Shown one piece after another: positions 9,054 through 16,495 of a stretch of DNA of 64,000 nt. Under the pieces are notes generated by a model. The model was not told the origin of the DNA, searched no databases, and saw nothing but the letters and a program-made list of their open reading frames with translations. Made by a program: the position numbers and the translations under genes. The stretch lies in assembly GCA_965223345.1 (NCBI GenBank), contig CBDCWG010000012.1, positions 384,001-448,000 on the forward strand, given 5' to 3'. The stretch's first letter is position 1. Each line of letters begins with the position of its first letter. This DNA is from Nitrospinales bacterium (GTDB lineage Bacteria > Nitrospinota > Nitrospinia > Nitrospinales > VA-1).

Positions 9054-10666
9054 ATGATCGACCGTTTCAGGGTGGCGGCGGCAGCGTGGTCGGACTGGCC
9101 GGGTTTGCGGATGCGCACCACCTGGTGCGACTCCATGTCCAACAGCTGCAGCCAGTCCTCCATGTTGGACTCGGCGGGCAGCAGGCTGCTTTCGGTGAAT
9201 TCGGTCTCAAGGCAGGTCAACAGATCGTCAACGAGGATTTTCAGCTCCTCTCCCTTGATGGCGCGTTCGATGGCGCGCTCCTTCACGCGCTTGACGATGC
9301 CTTCGATGACCGCGCCGGAGATGAAATCCTTCCAGTACAGTTTTTTGTATTCGCCGTTGCGCAGGGTGAGGACCAGCACTTCCTGGTCGCGGGTCTGCTG
9401 GAACAGTTTGTCGAGAAACGGCTGCACCATGACGTTGAAATCCGCGTGCTCCATGGGCAGGCTCTCTTTGAGATAGACTTTGAGAATGGCTTTGCAGCCG
9501 TCCCGGTCCGGCCGGCCTACTTTGATCTTGCGGTCGATCCGGCCCGGCCGGAGGATCGCAGGGTCGATCAGGTCCGGACGGTTGGTGGCCAGGATGACGA
9601 CGGTGTCGCGCAGGGACTGGATGCCGTCCATCTCGGCGCAGAACATGGGCACCAGCGTGTTGGAAATATTGAGACCGCGGCTGGCCTGCCGGGTGCCGAG
9701 CACCGACTCCGCCTCGTCGATGAAGATGAAAGGCACCTGGCCCTTTTCCTTGTAGTCGCGCGCTTTCTTGAAAATTTCGCGGATTTTCCGCTCGGATTCG
9801 CCCAGCCACATGTTGAGAATTTCCGGGCCTTTGACGTGGATGAACCGGCCTTCCAGCGTCGTGTCTTTCTTGTCGGAGAGTTTGCGGATGACTTCGGTGA
9901 GGATGGCCTTGCCGATCAGGGTCTTGCCGCAGCCCGGCGGTCCGTAGAACAAGAACCCCTTGGGCAGCTGGTACTCCATGCGGCTCAGGATGTCCTGGTG
10001 CAGGATGGGGTACTCGATCACCTTGTGCACTTCCTCGATGACGTTTTCCTGGCCGCCCACCTGCTTCCAGTCCACGGGAACGAAATCGTCTTCCACCGCG
10101 CTGCGCTGGATTTTCTTGGGCAGTTTTCCGAGAATGACTTTCTGGTTCGAATCGAGAAACACGTCCTCGCCTTCCTTCAGGGAATCGGGGTCGAGGTCCT
10201 CATGGTGCAGCACCATGGTTTCGGACGTGTTGCCCGCCCCCTTGATCAGCCACTGCCCGTCGTCCAGCCGGCCGGTGACGGTGGTCACGGGACCCTGGGT
10301 CGGCAGCGGCAGCTTCTCGATGGCGACGAACCCTTCGTTGAGCGCCACCTGATCGCCGGTCTTGAGGGATTCTTTTTCAAGGATCTCGGGTGAAACGGCC
10401 GCCTGGTATTCGGTGCCGCCGACCACAAGCCGGTACAGACCGTTCTCGCCTTTTCCGAGCACGGTGCCGATGCGGTGGGCGGGAGATTTCAGTTTCTGGA
10501 CCGCTTCTTCCAGAGTTTTGATTTTCAAGGAGAGTTGCTGATTCATCTGCTGGGAATGAAACAACGCATCCCTCAGATCGAAAACTTTTTCCTGCAGATG
10601 CGGCTGACCCGCGGTGTCTTCCAGGATCTGGTCGATGAGTTCGATGATATGGCTTTGATCTCCCAT
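9050..10666 (-). CDS. arc: Proteasome-associated AAA+ ATPase, ARC/Mpa family
   Basis: N-terminal coiled coil then OB-like region (GDQVALNEG), Walker A GPPGCGKT, VKGPEILNMWLGESER, Walker B IFIDE, TNRPDLIDPAILRPGRID, DFISGAVIEGIV. Confidence 0.9.
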   Translation of the reverse strand: MGDQSHIIELIDQILEDTAGQPHLQEKVFDLRDALFHSQQMNQQLSLKIKTLEEAVQKLKSPAHRIGTVLGKGENGLYRLVVGGTEYQAAVSPEILEKESLKTGDQVALNEGFVAIEKLPLPTQGPVTTVTGRLDDGQWLIKGAGNTSETMVLHHEDLDPDSLKEGEDVFLDSNQKVILGKLPKKIQRSAVEDDFVPVDWKQVGGQENVIEEVHKVIEYPILHQDILSRMEYQLPKGFLFYGPPGCGKTLIGKAILTEVIRKLSDKKDTTLEGRFIHVKGPEILNMWLGESERKIREIFKKARDYKEKGQVPFIFIDEAESVLGTRQASRGLNISNTLVPMFCAEMDGIQSLRDTVVILATNRPDLIDPAILRPGRIDRKIKVGRPDRDGCKAILKVYLKESLPMEHADFNVMVQPFLDKLFQQTRDQEVLVLTLRNGEYKKLYWKDFISGAVIEGIVKRVKERAIERAIKGEELKILVDDLLTCLETEFTESSLLPAESNMEDWLQLLDMESHQVVRIRKPGQSDHAAAATLKRSII

Positions 10667-10695
10667 TATTTATCCTTTTTTAAAGGGAATAAACA

Positions 10696-10725
10696 ATTGT
10701 ATGTCTAACAAAAAATAAAGGTCAA
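10696..10725 (-). promoter_or_regulatory. Putative sigma70 promoter of the arc-dop-ubact-prcBA-pafA operon
   Basis: Minus strand TTGACC(10725-10720)-N18-TACAAT(10701-10696), about 30 nt upstream of the arc ATG; RBS AAGGA. Confidence 0.55.
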
Positions 10726-10752
10726 GTGTATTTATAATGAATTGAATCACGG

Positions 10753-10779
10753 GTTGACCCGCTTGTGCCTTTGGTCAAC
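10753..10779. promoter_or_regulatory. Inverted repeat GTTGACC-N13-GGTCAAC, candidate operator
   Basis: Perfect 7-bp arms in the divergent intergenic region upstream of arc. Confidence 0.35.
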
Positions 10780-10978
10780 GGAAACGCTGTATGGCAAATT
10801 TCGCAACCCCAATTTTTAATGAAAACAGCGGCTCCGGGATAAAACCGGTTGTCAGCCGGAAAAGAAACGTGATAAAAAATGAAACACTGCTAATGGACTC
10901 ATTTGGGGATCGCATCGCCCGGGCGGGATGTTCGGGCTGAGTCGCATTTCTCATGAATTTTCGGTCCTTAATTGCCTC

Positions 10979-12462
10979 ATGATTTCCGCATCCAACAAAC
11001 CCTTCATCAAGAAATGCATCATCAGTTTCAGCCACGATCGAATCGAATCGCGGGCGCTGGCGGACCGGATGAGCATCGAAAAGGCCGAGCGGGAGATCGC
11101 TGCAGGGAAAAAGGGCATCAGCCATCTCATCCTGCGTGCGAAAAACGATGACATCGACCGGCTGAAGTTCCTGTTCCTCATCAACGGAATTCCCATTTTG
11201 TGCTACGCGATGGGAAACCTTCTCGTCTCTTCCCTCAAGGAAATCGTGGTGATCGGTTCCTGAAGACGTGGAACGGGTGTTGGAGCCGTTTCTCGAGATG
11301 GTGGGCACACAGGACAAAAAGGTGACTTTCGTGCGGGAAGATCCGGACAACCTGAGCCTGTCCAACACTCTGGCCCTCGGACGCAGCCGGCTCTCTCTCG
11401 CTCCAGGACGAGCTGGTTCTGTTCCAACCGGGAGACCTTCCCTTCATGTACGATCTGGAAAAAGTGCTGCAGGACGAAGCGATCCGCCACAACAACCTGA
11501 TCCTATGGCTCAACTCCAAACAGAAAATGTTTCCGAATCATGCGCAGGATGCGGACAGCGAATTCGTGCAGAGAAATTACCACTACCGCGGCATCTTCGA
11601 AACCCCCCCGCAGTTGCACGACATCAAGGAACCCAACGTCTATCCCATCAATCTGACTCAAGCGTCGATCAGAACATCATCCACCGGCTGCATTCGATGC
11701 GCAAGGACGGAAAGATCCTCAACGCTGGCCTCAACAGGCCCTGGAGCCTGCCGGTGCGGTTATTCAAGCTGCTGCCTGTGCTCAGTGAACCATGTGCTGC
11801 ATTTTCGCAGGGACCTCAGTCGATCTGCGCCCCAAGTCGACCGCTATCAGTTCGGCATGCATCAGAAAAACTTCAACCGCGGCGCGTCGATCCTTACTGG
11901 ACACGGCCATGACCGACGAGACTGCACGACGATCCCGCCTTCGTTTCCGATGTGGACGCTCTGGAGGACTGGGAGGATTTCGAAGCGCTCACCCGCGAGG
12001 CCCGAACGGCAGTACGGGGAGGAGGGGCTCGCAACGCATCCACCCATTCGGTGAGGAGCTGCTGCGCTTTCGCGAAGAGCCATGCCAAAGCTTGCGCAAG
12101 CGCTTGCCATGTACGCGGATTTTCCCGCCTACATGAACCACCTGCACCGACACGCTGCGCATGCCGCACACGTTCCCTTCGATGCGAAAGGGGCGTTCGT
12201 CTCACCCAATGCATCGCGCCGCCGGGTCGAACACGCCCACCGCTGGTATGCGCGACAATGCGAGCGGGTGCGGGCACAGCGGGAAGAGCGGCTGCTCCTC
12301 CCACAGAACGGGCCGGCCCCACCGCCTGACCCCATCCCTCCGCGCCCGGGCGGACTTCGCATTCTGCCTGCGATCGCAATTTCAACCGGAACGGTTTTAG
12401 CGTCCAGACACCCCACGCAACAAGGCAACGATTTTGATTTTTTACCCTTCGCTCAAAGGTAA
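10979..12462 (+). pseudogene. Nucleotidyltransferase-like (MobA/NTP_transf_3-like) gene broken by multiple frameshifts, or sequence errors
   Basis: Joining frames gives KFLFLINGIPILCYAMGNLLVSSLKEIVVIGS/EDVERVL...VLFQPGDLPFMYD...SDVDALEDWEDFE; shifts near 11260, 11407, 11660, 11786, 11895 and further; 3' end approximate. Confidence 0.55.
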
Positions 12463-12559
12463 TCCTGACCCGGCAAAATGCGGCAATCCAGGCTTGCACC
12501 GCCGCCCCTTAACGGGTAAAGTACTTACTACTTATAGGGTTATTAGGAGGAAAAGCTTT

Positions 12560-13588
12560 ATGCCCTCTAAAGGGGTTTCGGTGATAGGACAGATTTCGGG
12601 CGCCACTCAGGCGATGGATCGCCTGGGTCTGGAAACCAGCTTGCTGGATCAGACCCGGCTGACCCGTTTTATCCTCATCTCATTTCGCTTCATCTGGCAT
12701 GCGATTTTAGTCGTCATTCAGTTGCTGATGCCCAACAAACCGCATGATGCTGGCGACCAAACCGCCGCCCATCAAGGTCAACTATGCGGAACCCAAGAAG
12801 AAAGGAGTCGGAGCTCAAACACGGCACGATCATCGACGCGCCCAAGCCGGAAAAAATTGAAAAACCGAAAACTTCGGATCTGCTCGCGAGCCACGACAGC
12901 CGGGCCCATTCGAACCGCAAAAAAACCGAGGTCAAAAAATACCAGCGCAAAAAAACCCGTGGTTCCCAAATCGGCGGGAGTGGCCCGGCCCACGGAAAAC
13001 AGCACGATCCCTCCGCAAAAAAGCGTGAGCCAGTCGCAATCCAACCGCACTCGGGAACAGAGCCGCATGGCGCTGCCTCTTTCCGACCGCGGCCGGTTCG
13101 CGGCGGTTTCCAAGGAAAAAGAGCAGGCCGACGCGCAATCGAGCCTGCGTTCGGGTTCCAAGGGCTCGCTTTCGCTGCTGGACGGTTTCGACCCGGACAA
13201 GTACGCGTCGCTGGACACGCAGACCGATCATCCGGAAGACCTGGACGACGACGAAACGGTTTCGCTGGACACCACCGAGACGAAATACGCTTCCTATTTC
13301 GCGCGCATCAAGCACCAGATCGAACGGGTGTGGACGTATCCTATCGAAGCGGCGCAGCGAGGCATCAGCGGACAGATCACCCTGCGCTTTCGCATTTCCA
13401 AGGACGGCAATCTGCTCGGCGTCTGGCTGGTGGACAAGTCCGGCCACGAAATACTGGACTTTGCCGCGATCAAGGCGGTGAAAGAGGCGGCGCCGTTTTA
13501 TCCGTTTCCACTGAATATCCAGAAAGAACGGTTGTCGATTCTGGCAACCTTTATTTACAGCCCCACCTACGGCCTGTTGAACCAGTGA
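12560..13588 (+). CDS. tonB: TonB family protein (energy transducer), probably with compensating internal frameshifts
   Basis: RBS AGGAGG; N-terminal transmembrane segment; TonB_C domain YFARIKHQIERVWTYPIEAAQRGISGQITLRFRISKDG..SGHEILDFAAIKAVKEAAPFYPFP; 12760-12960 reads better in another frame (HGTIIDAPKPEKIEKPK). Confidence 0.78.
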   Translation: MPSKGVSVIGQISGATQAMDRLGLETSLLDQTRLTRFILISFRFIWHAILVVIQLLMPNKPHDAGDQTAAHQGQLCGTQEERSRSSNTARSSTRPSRKKLKNRKLRICSRATTAGPIRTAKKPRSKNTSAKKPVVPKSAGVARPTENSTIPPQKSVSQSQSNRTREQSRMALPLSDRGRFAAVSKEKEQADAQSSLRSGSKGSLSLLDGFDPDKYASLDTQTDHPEDLDDDETVSLDTTETKYASYFARIKHQIERVWTYPIEAAQRGISGQITLRFRISKDGNLLGVWLVDKSGHEILDFAAIKAVKEAAPFYPFPLNIQKERLSILATFIYSPTYGLLNQ

Positions 13589-13780
13589 ATTCGTGCAGGG
13601 GCCCGGCAGCAACCCATGAAACAAACCCAGGGGGCGATGTGCGTCTTCGGCGGGCCGCCCCCACGGCGAGTGCCAAACCGCTGCCAGACCGATCCGTTTT
13701 TTCAGGCAACTCGCCGGCCCCTGTTGCAAAAGGGCCGCTCAAGGCTTGAAGCATTTTTTTGAGACGCCCTTAAGATTCTG

Positions 13781-15050
13781 ATGCCTTTCACTCAGCTTGC
13801 CGTCATCTATCTCAAGCCGCCCCCTTCGGGGTTCCGGCTGCTGTTCGAGCAGGACGTCGCCGGCCTTTCGATCCTGCAGCGCCTCCTGTTCACGCTGGGC
13901 CGGGCGGGGATCGAGGACGTGCTCCTCATCTGCAAAGGGCTGGAACCCGCCGCCCGGCAGAAATGGATCGACGCATTGCGCGCGGATTCCCGCTTTCCGG
14001 GCAACCTCCACGTTCAGGACCACGCTGAGCTGATGCAGCGGGGTTGCGAACAGAACCCGATCCTGGCCCAACGCTCCCGGTTTCCTGCTGGCGGCGGGCA
14101 ATCTGGTCACCACACCCGCATCGGTGAAAAACTTCCTGCGCCACGCCTATCTGGACAACCCGACCGATCCGGCGCCGGTGTACTCCACGCCGCAAAAACA
14201 GGATTCGGACGCCCGCCTGTATCTGGTGGCGCCGGGACACCTGGAAATCCTGGAACGGGTTCTCAAGGACAAAGACATCACCGATCTTGTGCAGACGGTG
14301 CTTTGGGACGAAGACGAGGATCGCTTTTTCCTGGTCTCCGTGGACGGCAACGAAGCCGCCGTCGAAGCGGGGAAGGGGCTGCTCAAGCAGAACGAGCTGC
14401 AATACACGCAGCTCATGGACCGGTGGGTGAATTCCGTGTTTTCGACCCGCATTAGCGCGAGGCTGATCAAGACCCCGCTGACTCCCAATCAGGTGACCCT
14501 GCTGGGGCTGGTGATCGGGCTGTGCGCCGGGTGGTTTTTCTCCTGGGGCAACTATCTCGGGGGGCTGTTCGGGGCGGTTTTGATGGCGGGCACCGCCATC
14601 TGGGATTGCTGCGACGGCGACATCGCCCGGCTCAAGTTCATGGAGTCGGATTTCGGCGAAACGCTCGACACGTTCTGCGACAACCTCATCAACGTGTTCG
14701 CCTTCACGGGCATCATGATCGGGATGGCCCGCACGCAGGGCTTCGCGCAGGCGGCGATCCCTTTCGGGCTGCTGGCTGCGGGCGGGCTTTCCATCTTCGC
14801 CCTGCTCTATTCCACTCCGGGGGGCAAGGGGGCGCTGTTTCAGGACACGGGGCTCAAACCGGTCATCGACGTATTGGCGAGCCGAAACTTCATCTACGTG
14901 ATTGTGCTGTTTGCGCTGTTCGGGCGGCTCGACATGTTCCTGTGGGCGGCGGGGGTGGGATCGCTGGTTTTCGCCGCCATCCTCTATCTTGCGAAACGGA
15001 AAATCGCCCGGCCGCCGGTGGGCGACGCAAACGGGCTAAAATCCCCCTGA
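13781..15050 (+). CDS. CDP-alcohol phosphotransferase with N-terminal nucleotidyltransferase-like domain; frameshift near 14080
   Basis: N-terminal VAGLSILQRLLFTLGRAGIEDVLLI; one extra base in CGGTTTCCTG would restore SRFLLAAGNLV; TPNQVT and DCCDGDIAR..SDFGETLDTFCD motif. Confidence 0.75.
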
Positions 15051-15192
15051 ATCGGGGCGCGGATAATCCACGATCTATCAATCCAATTGCCCGGCCGGCT
15101 GTTTTTCCACCCCGCCAAAACCAGCTTACCTGTTGATTTTTTTAGCTTTTTTGCTATTCTTAATGATTGTAAGCCCTTTAAATATTTGACCG

Positions 15193-16464
15193 ATGGCGCC
15201 GCTGACCGACACAGAAAAAAAGGGTTCCGATAAGCAGGATTCGCCTGCGGTTTTGATCATTTCCCGGCCCCCGAATGCGTGTCCACCGGGAGACTGGTAC
15301 TGGAAAAACATCGCGGGGGTGCCCTTTCTGTTGCGCAATGTTTTGACCCTGCAACGGGGCGGGGCGGACCCTCTGGTTCTTTATGCGGATAAGAATCTGT
15401 TCGGACTGGGCGAACTTTCCGAACGGCTTGCCAAAGACCATCGCCTGAAACGGCCGGTGCGCTGTATTTCCAGACCGGAAGAGCTGGTCGCGTTCAGCCG
15501 GCAAAGCGATCGGGTGCTGATGCTGGACGGCTCCCGGCTGCATGAGAAAGACCGGGTGGAAAAGCTGTTGCAGCCCGGGGCGGAGCCGGACACGCTGCGC
15601 CGCATCGACGGCAGCGAGTTGCAGTCGCGTCTCAGTACCCTCGACGCCGGGGGAACTGCCTGGTACGAGGCGCTGCGCGGACAGCCGAAGGTTCTGCCGG
15701 GTTCAGACGATGCCGGCTGTGTGCGCGCCGTGTTTGCAGAAGACGCCGGTGTGCGGCTGGCCGAGGAAACGGATTTTAAAGACTGCGAGAAGCAGCTGAT
15801 TTCCAGCTCGAGGCTGTCCAACGACAGCTTCATGGACCGCTGGATCACCCGGTCCATCTCGCAGAAACTGACAGCGCAATGGATCCACACCGATCTGACG
15901 CCGAACCAGATCACGCTGATCTCTCTGGTTGTGGGACTGATTTCGGCGGCCTGCTTCGCGGCGGGCCAGTACACGCTCTCGGTTGTGGGGGCGGTGCTGC
16001 TGTTGATCTCGGCCTGGATCGACTGCACCGACGGCGAGATCGCACGGATCAAGTTCATGGAATCCGCGCTGGGCAAGCGGCTGGATATCCTGAGCGACAA
16101 CGTGGTGCATTGGGCGCTGTTTTTCTGTATCGGCCTGGGACTGTACCGGGTCTCGGGCAACCCGGTCCACCTCGTGCTGGGCGGGCTTGCGGTGCTGGGC
16201 AGCCTGGGGGCTTTCCTGCTGCTCTGGCGGGACATCATGCAGGATAAGGAAAACGCCGCCCGCAACCCGCAGGAAAACGCCGAAGCGCTGAGCTGGGTGG
16301 ACCGGCTGGCCAACCGGGATTTCACGTATCTGGTTTTTTTGATGGCCTGCATCGGCAAACTGGAAATTTTTCTCGGACTCACGGCAATCGGGTCCAACGC
16401 TCTGGCCGGGTATCTGTTGTTTGCCCGGCTCAGAAAGAATACCGAACTGAAACCGCAGCATTGA
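15193..16464 (+). CDS. CDP-alcohol phosphotransferase with N-terminal nucleotidyltransferase-like domain
   Basis: IAGVPFLLRNVLTLQRGG N-terminal domain; TPNQIT; DCTDGEIAR..SALGKRLDILSD motif; ANRDFTY; transmembrane helices. Confidence 0.85.
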   Translation: MAPLTDTEKKGSDKQDSPAVLIISRPPNACPPGDWYWKNIAGVPFLLRNVLTLQRGGADPLVLYADKNLFGLGELSERLAKDHRLKRPVRCISRPEELVAFSRQSDRVLMLDGSRLHEKDRVEKLLQPGAEPDTLRRIDGSELQSRLSTLDAGGTAWYEALRGQPKVLPGSDDAGCVRAVFAEDAGVRLAEETDFKDCEKQLISSSRLSNDSFMDRWITRSISQKLTAQWIHTDLTPNQITLISLVVGLISAACFAAGQYTLSVVGAVLLLISAWIDCTDGEIARIKFMESALGKRLDILSDNVVHWALFFCIGLGLYRVSGNPVHLVLGGLAVLGSLGAFLLLWRDIMQDKENAARNPQENAEALSWVDRLANRDFTYLVFLMACIGKLEIFLGLTAIGSNALAGYLLFARLRKNTELKPQH

Positions 16465-16495
16465 ATTGTACCGGCAATTTTTATCGGAGGAGGAA

